Origin: Acidobacteriaceae bacterium
Lineage (GTDB): Bacteria > Acidobacteriota > Terriglobia > Terriglobales > Acidobacteriaceae
DNA length: 64,000 nt
Reading direction: 5' to 3'
NCBI GenBank assembly: GCA_049513335.1
Contig: JBEKWE010000001.1
Coordinates: 10,870-74,869 of the forward strand
Shown: in pieces, positions 53,537 through 63,889 of the stretch
Position numbering within the stretch: the stretch's first letter is position 1
Layout of the letters: each line of letters opens with the position of its first letter
Program-made: the position numbers and the translations under genes
The notes under the pieces: model-generated
The model's database searches: none
What the model saw: the letters and a program-made list of their open reading frames with translations, nothing else
Told to the model about the DNA's origin: nothing

Positions 53537-55785
53537 TCACTGTTCGCCGGACCACTTCAGCGCAGCCTGCTGCTCGGCGTACGGCTTCATCCGGTACTCC
53601 GCCGGCGGCTCGCCTCCCGCCAGATAGCGCACAAAGTAGTCCCATCGCCGCCGCGTCACATACGGCGTCGCCGCGCCGTAGTCGTGCGCCGCGTTCGGCA
53701 CCAGCAGCAGGTCGAAGTCCTTGTTGGCCTTGATCAGCGCATCCACCACCAGCAGCGTGTTGTTCGGCGGAACGTTGTCGTCCATCGTCCCGTGGACCAG
53801 CAGCAGCCGCCCCTTCAGGTTCTTGGCGAAGTTCTCATTCGCCTGGCTGTCGTAGTTCGTCGTCCCGTCCGAGTTGGCCTTCAGCAGTCCGATCCACTTC
53901 TCCGCCCAGTCGTCCTCGTACTCGCGGTTGTCGTGGTTACCGCTCTCGCTCACGCCGACTTTGAAGAACTCCGGCGCATGGAACATCGCCGCCGCCGCCG
54001 CGCCGCCGCCGGAATGCCCATAGATACCCATTCGCTCGCCGTCCATCCACGCGTACTTCGCCGCCAGTTGCTTAATCCCGGCCACTTGGTCGGGAATCGT
54101 ATTGTCCGCCATGTCGCCGTATAGCGCGTCGTGGAAGCTCTTCGACCGCCCCGGCGTTCCCATGCCGTCGATGCACACCACCACGAAGCCCAGCTCCGCC
54201 AGCGACTGCATGTCCTTGTGCGCCGCCGTGAAACTGCGGCTGCCGCATGATCCCGTCTGCGGCCCAGGATAGATGTGGTCAATCACCGGATACTTCTTCG
54301 TCACGTCGAAGTTGGTCGGCTTAAACAGGAACCCATACAGGTCCGTCTTGCCGTCGCGCGCCTTCACCGTAATCGGCGTCAGCAGCTTCATCCCCGTGCC
54401 GTCGAAGTTCACGCGATAGAGCGCCGCAAAGTATGGATCGAGCCTCGCCTCTTTCCCCACCGCCAGAAAAAAATCACCCGCGCCTTCTCATCCACGCGCA
54501 GCACCTGGGTCACATCGCCCTCGCCGTGCGTGATCTGGTTCTTCAGCCTGCCCGTTGTCAGGTCGTAGAGAAACATCTGTCCCCAGTTGTCGCGCTCACT
54601 GAACCACAGCGCTACATTCGATCCCCACAAAACCCGCCAGTTCACCGTGCCTTTCCCGCTGTCCAGGGTGTCTGCGCTCTCGAAGTACGTCGCAACCCTC
54701 TCGCTCAACACATCGCGAACCTCTCCAGTGGCAGCGTCGGCCACGCGCAGCCACTCCTGCTTGTGGTCGCGCGAGGTCGAGACAAAGGCCAGGTGCATCC
54801 CGTCCTCGCTCCACTGTACGTCGTCCCAGCCGCGCCCTCCGGCGCAGCTCACGTCGTCGCACAGGCTGGAGCGATGCGCGTCTGGCGGCATCTTCAGCCG
54901 CACCACCGTGCGCGCGTCCACATCCACAATCACCCGCTCCATCGCCGCCACGTCCTTGTCTCCGGCCAGCGGATAGCGCCACATCTCGACTGCCGGATGT
55001 CCCACCGCCATCGAGACCAGAGTCATCGTCCCCACCCTGCGCTGGTCCAGTTGAAACGTCGCAATCTTCTTCGAGTCCGCAGACCACGCCAGAATCGGCC
55101 TGTCGCTGTGCGTCCATCCCGCGTTGTCCGTCGCGTAGCCGAACTCCGCCACGCCGTCCGTGGTCAACTGCGTCTCCCGTCCGCTCGCCACCTCTCGCAC
55201 CCACAGGTTGTTCTCGCGGATGAACGCCGCCCTCTTGCCATCGGGCGAGAGGTCGTAGGCCACGTCCGCGCCGTGCCCATATAAATCACCGGCCTCCTTA
55301 CAGGTCACGGCAGCTACAAGCTCGCAGCGCACCCGTTGCCGCCCCATCGTCAGCAGCACGGCCTGGTCCTCATCCTCCAGAGTGAACTCGTCGATCGGCA
55401 GATGCCCCGCGTCCACCGGAGAGATCAAAGAGAGTGTCAGCTTGCCAGACTTGATCGCCGCGTTCAGCGCCGCCGCAACCTTGCCGTGATCGAACACCGG
55501 CGCCTTCGTCCGCTTCGCCGAATCGACCAGCATGAAGGTCGCGCCATCCGGCCCTGCATCGCGATACCAGAAGCGCCCATCGCCCAGCCACGTTGCATGC
55601 TCCACTGCGTGGTACACCAGCGGCTCCACGTTGTAGTCCTGGAAGCTCTCTGCCCGCGCGTAGTCCGCCGCGCTATACACCCTGCCCGCCTGCGCCTCGC
55701 ACCTTGGCACTCCGCAGCACAGAACCACCATCGCCGCCCGTGTTAGGACCTGTCGAATCACTCGCTTCAACTGACAGGATCGCAC
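53537..55785 (-). pseudogene. S9B dipeptidyl-peptidase IV family gene, frameshifted and internally deleted
   Basis: DPP-IV propeller in 54409-55785 and catalytic GHSGG/DDNV/H part in 53537-54460 are in different frames at a T7 run (54467-54473); LLTP joins directly to ITVKARDG. Confidence 0.85.
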
Positions 55786-55808
55786 ATGTCCCGCCGGGTG
55801 CCGGGTGC

Positions 55809-56044
55809 GGGTGCCCCAAGTCTCGCTTCTGAGACCTGGGTTCTTAGGACTTGTCGTTGCTTCTGCCTTTCGGAGGGAGCAGGGGGCTTCAGAAGCTGCT
55901 GAAAAACTGACGTTTTTGTCTTTCGGAGGGAGCAGGGGGCTTCAGCCCCCTGAATCAGCCCCATCGGATCATGGGGCTTTAGCCCTGGGCCTTCTGCAAA
56001 AAGCGGCAAGCAACCCATTTTTGCAGCTTGTTTAGCCGCTGAGG
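55809..56044. repeat. composite REP/MITE-like cluster
   Basis: GGGTGCCCCA REP (55809-55840); 26-bp direct repeat (55867-55892, 55920-55945); imperfect TIRs AAGCTGCTGAAAAA / TTTTTGCAGCTT (55893-56029). Confidence 0.8.
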
Positions 56045-56051
56045 TCTCGCT

Positions 56052-56765
56052 TTACTTTGCAGTCGCAGGCTTCGTCACAGGCGGTGTCGCCCTCCTCGCC
56101 GGAGTCTCTGCCTTTACCTTCGCCTCCAGCTCGTCAATGGTCGAATAGAGGTACTGGATGTCCGTCACATGCACCCATTCCTTCTGTGTGCATACCACAA
56201 TCGACGGCGTGTACTCCACTCCCAGCTTCTCCCCCAGCGTCCTGTCCGCCTCCACTTCCTTCTTGAGCTGCCCTGTTGGGTCGACCACGAACGGCACGTT
56301 GAACCCATGCGACCGGAAGTACTTCTGCGTGAAGTTCACCATGTCGTCCGTGCTGGCGATGCCGGTCTGCGCCGCAAACACCGCGCCGCGATACTCGTCC
56401 GCCGCCTTGGCCGACACCTTGTCCTGCAGATAGCGCGCCCACACCGCGCAGTCGAAGCTCCAGATGTGTTGTCGCAGGGGGAAGTCCTTGTAGACCAGCG
56501 GAATGTTGTAGTGCGCCATCGCGGCATGAACGATTGGGTACGCGTGCGCGCACGCCGGACACTCCATGTCCGCCAGCTCGTAGATTGCGATCTTCGCACC
56601 CGCCGGCGGCTTCAGCATTGAAGTGTCTTTGTACAGCTCTAACGTCGGTTGGTCATTTGGCTTCGGCACGTATCGCTGCGCCGTCACCGGTGCGGCGGCA
56701 AACAGCAGAGTCATCGCAACGACAGCGGCGATAACCACGGAACGTAGGCGGATCATCTCAGTCAT
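56052..56765 (-). CDS. DsbA/thioredoxin-fold protein
   Basis: Signal peptide, DMECPAC, KDFPL, GVEYTP. Confidence 0.88.
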   Translation of the reverse strand: MTEMIRLRSVVIAAVVAMTLLFAAAPVTAQRYVPKPNDQPTLELYKDTSMLKPPAGAKIAIYELADMECPACAHAYPIVHAAMAHYNIPLVYKDFPLRQHIWSFDCAVWARYLQDKVSAKAADEYRGAVFAAQTGIASTDDMVNFTQKYFRSHGFNVPFVVDPTGQLKKEVEADRTLGEKLGVEYTPSIVVCTQKEWVHVTDIQYLYSTIDELEAKVKAETPARRATPPVTKPATAK

Positions 56766-56891
56766 GCGCTTTAATCCTCGTATCCATCCTATCGCAATCC
56801 CGCGCCGCGCAGGCCGCGCTCCTTACGCCGTACTCCGCGTATACCCGTACAATGAGAGAGCCTGCGGCTGCCCGCGGCACGGAGACTTGCA

Positions 56892-57362
56892 ATGAGCATC
56901 ACCGAGAAGATCGGCGCCGACATCATCGCCGCCATGAAGGCCCACCAGGAACACCGCCTCACTACCCTGCGCATGGTCAAGTCCGCCCTGCGCTCCAAAG
57001 AGATCGACAAGCGCCAGCCCCTCACCGACGCCGAGCAGATCCAGGTCCTCACCACGCTCATCAAGCAGCGCCGCGACTCGGTCGAGAGCTTCACCAAGGG
57101 CAACCGTCCCGAGCTCGCCGCCAGGGAGCAGGCCGAGATCGACATGATCGAGGACTACATGCCCCAGGCCGCCAGCGAAGACGAACTCCGCGCCATCGTC
57201 CAGGCAGCCGTCGCCCAACTCGCTGCAAGCTCCAGCGCCAAACCCGGCCCCCGAGACATGGGCGCAGTCATGAAGCACGCGCAACAGCAGGTCCTCGCCA
57301 CCGGCCTGCGCGCCGACGGCAAGCTCGTCGCCGAACTCGTCAAAGCCGAGCTGGCAAAATAA
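56892..57362 (+). CDS. GatB/YqeY domain protein
   Basis: AMKA, LRMVKSAL, KQRRDS, DMGAVMK, RADGK. Confidence 0.92.
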   Translation: MSITEKIGADIIAAMKAHQEHRLTTLRMVKSALRSKEIDKRQPLTDAEQIQVLTTLIKQRRDSVESFTKGNRPELAAREQAEIDMIEDYMPQAASEDELRAIVQAAVAQLAASSSAKPGPRDMGAVMKHAQQQVLATGLRADGKLVAELVKAELAK

Positions 57363-57406
57363 AAATTCAGACCGCAACCATCCACGCACTTTGCCGTTGC
57401 CTGGCA

Positions 57407-57454
57407 AGGGCCAAAGGCCCGTCCTATATTTAGCCTAGGGCGAAGCCCTAGGTT
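57407..57454. repeat. REP-like doublet
   Basis: GGGCCAAAGGCCC and CCTAGGGCGAAGCCCTAGG hairpins. Confidence 0.7.
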
Positions 57455-57482
57455 CGGTGAGGCGCTCCATTACAATTGACCC

Positions 57483-58712
57483 ATGATCCTCAAGACGCGT
57501 CTCTTCACCCCCGGCCCAACGCCTCTGCTTCCTGCCGCCCAGTTCGCCATGGCAGCGGCCGATGTTCACCACCGCACCCCCGAGTTCCGTGCTCTCTACA
57601 CGCGCGTGCTCGCGCAACTGAAGGACTTCGTCGGCACCGCCAACGACGTCATCGTCCTCTCCAGCTCGGGAACCGGTGCAATGGAAGCCTCCGTCTCCAA
57701 TCTCACCTCGCCCGGCGACCGCGTGCTGGTCCTCAGCGCCGGCAAGTTCGGCGAGCGATGGGCCGGCCTCGCCAAGGCCTTCGGCTGCGAGGTCGATCTC
57801 GTCTCCGCGCCCTACGGCGAGACCTTCTCGCTCGACGCCGTCAAGGCCGCGCTGCGGCTCGAAACCCGCGCCGTCTTCATGCAGGCCACCGAATCCTCCA
57901 CCGGCGCGCGCCATTGCCTCGACGGCGTCGCCAAGCTGCTGAAGGAGGCCAACTCCGAGGCCCTGCTCGTCGTCGACGCCATCACCGGTCTCGGCACCAC
58001 CCACATCGACATGGACCGCCTCGGCATCGACGTTCTCATCGGCGGCTCGCAGAAGGCCCTCATGATCCCGCCCGGCCTCAGCTATCTTGCCGTCAGCCAG
58101 CGCGCCTGGGACCGCATGGAGTCCAGTTACAACCCCCGCTACTACTTCGACCTGCGCAAGGAGCGCAAGAACTCCAAGCTCGGCGAAAGCGCGTACACAC
58201 CTGCAATCGCGCTCATCGCCGCCCTCGGCGCATCGTTGGACTACATCGCCCGCCAGGCCGCCACGCCCGAGAACCCCGCCGGTGACCTCGTCGCCGGGCG
58301 CAAGAAGCTCATCGAGAACGCCGAGACCATCGCCGCCATGACCCGCGCCGCCGTCGCCGCGCTGGGCATGAAGCTCTTCTCGCCCGACTGCCCCGCCGCC
58401 GCCACCACCGCTGTCCTCGCTCCCGAGGGCGTCGACTCCAGCGTCGTCGTCAAGGAGCTCAAGTCGCGCTTCGGCGCCATCGTAGCCAACGGCCAGGGCG
58501 AGATGAAGGGAAAGATCTTCCGCATCGCCCACCTCGGTTTCTTCGATTACATGGACTCCATCGCGATCATCGGCGCCCTCGAGCAGGTCGTCGCAAAGTC
58601 CTTCCCCTCGCCCACCTTTGCCTTCGGCAACGGCCTCATCGCCGCCCAGAAGCTCTTCGCCGAGCGCTCCCCCACCGCCGCCGAAGACGCCTGTCGCAGC
58701 AAGCACAAGTAG
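57483..58712 (+). CDS. class V PLP aminotransferase (alanine-glyoxylate/serine-pyruvate type)
   Basis: LFTPGPT, SGTGAMEA, GKFGERW, VVDAI, GSQKALMIPPGL, FRIAHLG. Confidence 0.93.
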   Translation: MILKTRLFTPGPTPLLPAAQFAMAAADVHHRTPEFRALYTRVLAQLKDFVGTANDVIVLSSSGTGAMEASVSNLTSPGDRVLVLSAGKFGERWAGLAKAFGCEVDLVSAPYGETFSLDAVKAALRLETRAVFMQATESSTGARHCLDGVAKLLKEANSEALLVVDAITGLGTTHIDMDRLGIDVLIGGSQKALMIPPGLSYLAVSQRAWDRMESSYNPRYYFDLRKERKNSKLGESAYTPAIALIAALGASLDYIARQAATPENPAGDLVAGRKKLIENAETIAAMTRAAVAALGMKLFSPDCPAAATTAVLAPEGVDSSVVVKELKSRFGAIVANGQGEMKGKIFRIAHLGFFDYMDSIAIIGALEQVVAKSFPSPTFAFGNGLIAAQKLFAERSPTAAEDACRSKHK

Positions 58713-58715
58713 ACC

Positions 58716-59050
58716 GGGTGCCCCATCTTCGCGACGGCTTCATCGTCGCTAAGGTGGGTCGAACTGAACTGGGTGCCCCATCCTTTCACGGTCTTATCGT
58801 GAAAGGGTGGGTTATCGTTCGCGGCAGCGAACGGCCGTCTTCCTCGCCCCCCAACAAAACTATCATCCTGAGCGCAGCGAAGAATCCCCGCATTTGCCCT
58901 AGTCCTTGCTTCTGGGTACGCCAAGCCTGGTAGCCCAAGGCTTTAGCCTTGGGTCTCCTTGGCTTTCTCAAACCGCACAAAAGTAAATGGCTTCAGCCCC
59001 TGGGGCATGCCCTTGCCGTTGTCTGTTCTTCACTCACAACTCACAACTGT
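58716..59050. repeat. mosaic of several REP-like families
   Basis: GGGTGCCCCA REPs at 58716-58758 and 58771-58811; TCATCCTGAGCGCAGCGAAG at about 58863; CCCAAGGCTTTAGCCTTGGG and GGCTTCAGCC hairpins; CACAACT heptamers. Confidence 0.85.
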
Positions 59051-59150
59051 TTTTACTGTCAACCCCCTCAACCCTCCAAAATCCCCCTAACCCCCATCCC
59101 ACCAACCACTTCCCCCCGAAAAATAGTTGGCATACTAGTTTCCCTCCACT

Positions 59151-59159
59151 TGGTATAAT
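59151..59159 (+). promoter_or_regulatory. extended -10 promoter TGGTATAAT
   Basis: Perfect TGnTATAAT about 110 nt upstream of ATG 59267. Confidence 0.6.
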
Positions 59160-59266
59160 AGAAGTAGAGTTAAAAAAGAAGGGCCGCTAGCCGTCCACCA
59201 CACGGGGGACGCCGCTTGCGGCCCTGGGTTTTTAATCCGAAAGATAGTCGGAAAAGGACAGGGCCA

Positions 59267-59851
59267 ATGAACGCGAAAGAATTGAAAATTCCCATCTGCC
59301 GTCACATCCGGATCAGCGGTCGCCGCTGCCAGTCGCCCACAGTCACCGGCTCCCTCTTCTGCTTCTTCCACCGGTCCCTCCGCCACGGCCACGATGCCGC
59401 TTCTACGGCCAAAATCGGCCCCTTGCGCCCCGAAACCGTGCAATATCTGCTGGAGAACGGCCAGAATCCCTCCCAGTTCGCCCACTCCACCGCCCTCAAC
59501 CTCCCGCCGCTCGAAGACGCCGAAGCGATCCAGCTCTCCATCTCCCTGCTCTTCGCGGCCATCGCCGCCGGCCAGATCGATCCCATCCTCGCCCGCAACC
59601 TCCTCTACGCCCTCCAGATCGCCAGTTGCAATCTCCGCGTCCTCTCTTCCGGCTCCAAGCCCGGAGACGACTTCTCCACCCTGGCACGTCGCGTCGTCCG
59701 CACCCGCAACGGCCAAACTCTCGCCGCGCGCGGCGACCGCAACGGCGTCCCTCCTGAAGCCGAAAGCCGCGAATCTCGCTTTGCAGAGATGCTCAACGAC
59801 CTTCTCCATCCCAAAGACACTGCCCCAGACGCCACACCCCAAACCGAATGA
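59267..59851 (+). CDS. hypothetical protein with N-terminal Cys/His zinc-finger-like motif
   Basis: CRH-x6-C-x9-CFFH, then LPPLEDAEAIQ...LLYALQIAS; AAAGGA RBS. Confidence 0.8.
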   Translation: MNAKELKIPICRHIRISGRRCQSPTVTGSLFCFFHRSLRHGHDAASTAKIGPLRPETVQYLLENGQNPSQFAHSTALNLPPLEDAEAIQLSISLLFAAIAAGQIDPILARNLLYALQIASCNLRVLSSGSKPGDDFSTLARRVVRTRNGQTLAARGDRNGVPPEAESRESRFAEMLNDLLHPKDTAPDATPQTE

Positions 59852-60059
59852 AGACTGTATTTGCAACACAAATCGAATCAATGCCAGTTCCCGTCATATC
59901 CCGTCATTCTGTGTGAAGGGGATAAATGTCGCTCTAACCGCACTGGAATGAACGCATTACAAGAAAAATCCCCGCAGGGGGGAGGGGGTATTGACGAATA
60001 ACTACATAGGCCATCCAACGATTCCTGCCATTGCCCTGCTGATGCCTGTTCCCTTGTAC

Positions 60060-60767
60060 TTAGGTGATCAGCGTAGAGTCGTCATCGCTCGCCGCTTCGT
60101 CAGTCTCCTCCGCCTCTTCGATCGGAAACTGTGCGCCGCGCCGCCGGTCGAAGAGTTTGCGCAGCACATAGACCGACAGCCCAAGCACAACTACGCCCAC
60201 AATCACCAGCACGACTCCCAGGCGATCATGGATCGCGTGCCGGACTGCGTGGGCGATCTCCGGCCCGTAAAAGACCGTAATCAGAGCGCAGACCAGAAAC
60301 TGGATCATCTTGCCCGTGAAGATCGCCGTCGCGAACGGCAGCGGCTTCATCTCGAAGACGCCCGCGCCGAACTCGAACATCTTGATCGGCATGGGCGGCG
60401 GCATCATCGCCGGAATCATAATTGCCAGAAACTCCTGTTTCTCGAACCGGTCCCGCATCTGCTCGTAGCGCGCCCGGTTGATGCGCTTCAGCAGGAACAG
60501 TTCGCCGCCCGCACGGCCCACATAGTAAGGCACCAGGCTGCCCAGCGACGAGGCCGCAGCCGCCATCAGGCAGTAGAGCAAAAACATCCTGTGGTTGCTG
60601 GCCACATAGCCGATCACAGCCCCGTCCATCGTCGTCGGAATCGGAAAGATACCGGCATCGATGAATGCCAACCCGCCCAGACCCCAGATGCCAAACGGCA
60701 GCAGTGCCGCGCTGATGATGGCGCCGGCTTTATGAAGCAGTGCAATGGGTCCAATCTTCACGGGCAA
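60060..60767 (-). CDS. DedA/VTT (YqaA-like) membrane protein
   Basis: AFIDAGIFPIP, LGSLVPYYVGR.GG, PPPMPIK. Confidence 0.88.
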   Translation of the reverse strand: MPVKIGPIALLHKAGAIISAALLPFGIWGLGGLAFIDAGIFPIPTTMDGAVIGYVASNHRMFLLYCLMAAAASSLGSLVPYYVGRAGGELFLLKRINRARYEQMRDRFEKQEFLAIMIPAMMPPPMPIKMFEFGAGVFEMKPLPFATAIFTGKMIQFLVCALITVFYGPEIAHAVRHAIHDRLGVVLVIVGVVVLGLSVYVLRKLFDRRRGAQFPIEEAEETDEAASDDDSTLIT

Positions 60768-60782
60768 CTCGATTCTACTTGC

Positions 60783-61355
60783 CTATTCATGCGCCGTCCG
60801 TCCCGCCAGCAGATCGAGCGCGTGGGGAAGCAACGGCAGGATCGCCGCCAGCGATGTTACGGCCCCGGCGGGCGAACCTGGCAGGTTCACAATCAGCGCA
60901 CCTCCGGTTGCAGCCGAAATCGTCCCGCAGACGCCCCGGCCCAGCGCCGCCAGCGGCGTTTGCCGCACGCCTTCGGCGCGCATCCGTTCTGCGAGGCCGT
61001 CAACCAGCCGCTCACAGACCAGCCGCGTCGCCTCCGGAGTCACATCGCGCGCCGCCAGCCCTGTCCCACCCGTGGTCACGATCAGGTTCGCACCCGCCGC
61101 AGCATGGCGCCGCAACGCCGCGGCAATCTGCTCCAGCTCATCGGGCAGCGTCTCGCTCACCACCTCCGCCGCTCCCGCCGACTCCAGCAGCGCCACCACG
61201 GCCGGCCCGGAGCGGTCCACCTGCACGCCCTGGCAGCACCGGTCGCTGATGGTCAGCACCACAGCCCGCGATTTCTTCGACCACAGCGTGGACGGCAACT
61301 GCGTGTGGGTCAACGCGTCGAGTTTCGTCTTCGCCAATCCCTGCGTTTCTTTCAT
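60783..61355 (-). CDS. mog: MogA/MoaB molybdopterin adenylyltransferase
   Basis: [36 protein letters not shown]. Confidence 0.92.
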   Translation of the reverse strand: MKETQGLAKTKLDALTHTQLPSTLWSKKSRAVVLTISDRCCQGVQVDRSGPAVVALLESAGAAEVVSETLPDELEQIAAALRRHAAAGANLIVTTGGTGLAARDVTPEATRLVCERLVDGLAERMRAEGVRQTPLAALGRGVCGTISAATGGALIVNLPGSPAGAVTSLAAILPLLPHALDLLAGRTAHE

Positions 61356-61584
61356 CCTCTGTTAGTTTACGTCCAGCTTGAACCGAACGCGGTCCATCTG
61401 CTCCTCAACCCCGCAACGGCAACCAGGATTCGGCTGCCTTTGTTCCAGGGGAGCGATCGAAAGTGAGAAAATGGGGAACGAGCGAAGCTCCCGGCGTTTT
61501 GCAGGGTCTATAACGATGGTCGCCGCCGAATCTGTTTCGCACCGTCTAACTGAGAGCCGCCAACTGTCCCACCAATCCTAGCCG

Positions 61585-62625
61585 ATGCCGATCCTAGAAC
61601 TCTTCCCCAATCCGTCTCGCGATCCAGACCAGACCCAGGAGACAATGGGAGACGCAGCCACCGGCCAGGCAAACGGTCGAGTGGGCCAGCCCCTCAAGCT
61701 GCGCACCAGACGCCACGGCGAACTGGAGGAGCATGAGATCATCCATCTGCTCGATTCGCTCGACGACGAGCGCTCCCGCGCACGCTTCCGCGAATCCATC
61801 TACATCTCCATCATCGTCTACCTTGCTCTCGCCTGGTTCCTCTTTTATGGGCCCCGCGTCCTCTGGCATCAGCCGCGGTATCAGGACCCCATCGCCCTGA
61901 TGAAGCAGCACGACCGGGAGCTGACTCTGCTTGCGCCGCGCAATGTGCCCGCACCCAAGCCGCCGCCGCGCCCGGTGATCGACCGCAAGACCATGGAGCA
62001 ACTTCAGCAGCAGGCCCGCCTGAACGCGCCCACGCCACAGCCTCCGGCGCAGCAGCCCGAGGAGCAGGCCCACATCACCGCGCCGCCCGTTCCGCAGCCG
62101 CCGCTGCCCATCGCTCCAAAGCCCGCGCAGCCAGCGGTCGAATCGCCGCTGCCCGCCGCTCCGCGTCCCAACTTTGCGCAGAACCCAAGCGCCCACGACG
62201 CCATTCAGAACGCACTGCGAGGCGCGCTCAGTGGCCGCGGCGGCGACTACGGCCCGTCCTCCGGATCGCGCGGTCCCTTGCAGGCAGGAGCGACGATTCT
62301 CTCCGACACCATGGGCGTCGACTTCAGCGCCTACATGCGCCGCCTGCACGACGACATTCAGCATAACTGGGACCCCCTGATTCCCGAAGAGGTCCAGCCC
62401 CCGCTGCTCAAGAAAGGAATCGTCGGTATCCGCTTCACCATCCTGCCTGACGGAAAGATCGGCGCAATGATCCTCGAGACCCGCTCCGGCGATGTCGCGC
62501 TCGACCGCGCCGCATGGAACGCCATCACCAGTGAGGGCGATTTTCCGCCGCTGCCCAAGGCCTTCCATGGCCCGCAACTCGAGCTGCGGGTAGGCTTCTT
62601 CTACAACATCCCGCTCCCGGAGTAG
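61585..62625 (+). CDS. TonB/TolA C-terminal domain protein
   Basis: TM anchor, Pro-rich linker, FTILPDG, SGDVALDRAAWNAI, FPPLP. Confidence 0.88.
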   Translation: MPILELFPNPSRDPDQTQETMGDAATGQANGRVGQPLKLRTRRHGELEEHEIIHLLDSLDDERSRARFRESIYISIIVYLALAWFLFYGPRVLWHQPRYQDPIALMKQHDRELTLLAPRNVPAPKPPPRPVIDRKTMEQLQQQARLNAPTPQPPAQQPEEQAHITAPPVPQPPLPIAPKPAQPAVESPLPAAPRPNFAQNPSAHDAIQNALRGALSGRGGDYGPSSGSRGPLQAGATILSDTMGVDFSAYMRRLHDDIQHNWDPLIPEEVQPPLLKKGIVGIRFTILPDGKIGAMILETRSGDVALDRAAWNAITSEGDFPPLPKAFHGPQLELRVGFFYNIPLPE

Positions 62626-62631
62626 CCACCG

Positions 62632-62829
62632 ATGCCCAAGCTCTCAGAAGACTCTCAGACCGTCCCACAGTCCGACAAATCCCGCACTGAAGAGCCCTTG
62701 CCGGAGCAGATCGAACGCCGCCGCCAGGTGCGTGGCCTGCTTCTGCTCGCCCTCGCCGCAATTATCTTCGCAATTCTCCGCGCCGGCGTGCATCGCGTCT
62801 TCACCGTTGGCTGGTGGCGGCTTTGGTAG
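62632..62829 (+). CDS. small single-TM hypothetical protein
   Basis: ATG 6 nt after the upstream stop; RRRQ followed by a hydrophobic helix. Confidence 0.55.
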   Translation: MPKLSEDSQTVPQSDKSRTEEPLPEQIERRRQVRGLLLLALAAIIFAILRAGVHRVFTVGWWRLW

Positions 62830-63830
62830 ACCTCGCTGAATCCGGGCAGCTCGCACCGTTGATCGCCGTCGCCGGCCCCACCGCCAGCGGCAAGACCGCG
62901 CTTGCGCTCGCCCTCGCCGAGCGCTTCTCCGGCGAGATCGTAAGTTGCGACTCAGTCGCCGTCTATCGTGGCATGGAGATCGGTACCGCCAAGCCAACGG
63001 TAGCTGAACGCGCCCGCGTCCCGCATCACCTCATCGACGTCTTTCCGCCTGATGCTCCTTGCACCGCCGGGGATTACAGCCGCCTCGCCCGCGAGTCCAT
63101 CCGTGGAATCGTCATGCGCGGCCGCCTGCCCATCGTCTGCGGCGGAACCGGCCTTTACCTGCGCGCGCTCGTCGACGGTCTCTTTCCCGCACCACCGCAA
63201 CTCGAGTCCTTGCGCGATAAGCTCCGCCAGCGCGCCCAACTCCGTGGCCCAATGCACCTGCACCGCATCCTCAGCCATCTCGACCCCGCCGCGGCAAAGC
63301 TGATCCATGCCAACGACGCGCCCAAGATCATCCGCGCCATTGAGGTTACGCTCTCCGCCCGCCGGCCCATCACCCGCCAATGGGAGCAGCCGCGCGATCC
63401 GCTCACCGGCTTCCACATCCTGCGATTCGGCCTCAACCCGCCCCGCGCCGAACTCTATGCCCGCATCAACCACCGCGCCGCCCAGATGTTCGACCCGCCA
63501 GACCACCGAAGTGGCCTCGTCGAAGAGACCGCCCAGCTCGTCGCACGCTACGGCCCGGATTGCCGTCCACTGGCCTCGCTCGGCTACGCCCAGGCCGCCG
63601 CTCTCCTGCGCGGCGAACTTACCCGAGACCAGGCCATCGCCGCCGCCCAGCAAGGCCACCGCAACTACGCCAAACGCCAACTCACATGGTTCCGCAAAGA
63701 TCCCACACTCCACTGGCTCCCCGGCTTCGGCAGCGACCGGGAGATTACACAGCAAGCCTGCGACCTTGTCGCGCAACATCTCAATACTCGATCGCCGCGA
63801 TCTGGAATACAGGGTCCAGACATGGCGTGA
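62814..63830 (+). CDS. miaA: tRNA dimethylallyltransferase
   Basis: GPTASGKT, DSVAVYRGMEIGTAKP, GGTGLY, RAIEV, YAKRQLTWFR. Confidence 0.96.
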   Translation: MAALVDLAESGQLAPLIAVAGPTASGKTALALALAERFSGEIVSCDSVAVYRGMEIGTAKPTVAERARVPHHLIDVFPPDAPCTAGDYSRLARESIRGIVMRGRLPIVCGGTGLYLRALVDGLFPAPPQLESLRDKLRQRAQLRGPMHLHRILSHLDPAAAKLIHANDAPKIIRAIEVTLSARRPITRQWEQPRDPLTGFHILRFGLNPPRAELYARINHRAAQMFDPPDHRSGLVEETAQLVARYGPDCRPLASLGYAQAAALLRGELTRDQAIAAAQQGHRNYAKRQLTWFRKDPTLHWLPGFGSDREITQQACDLVAQHLNTRSPRSGIQGPDMA

Positions 63831-63889
63831 GACAAAGGAGCGGAAAGTTCAACGGAGAGCTCGATGAACTCCCGTAGGACTGGCAGCAG

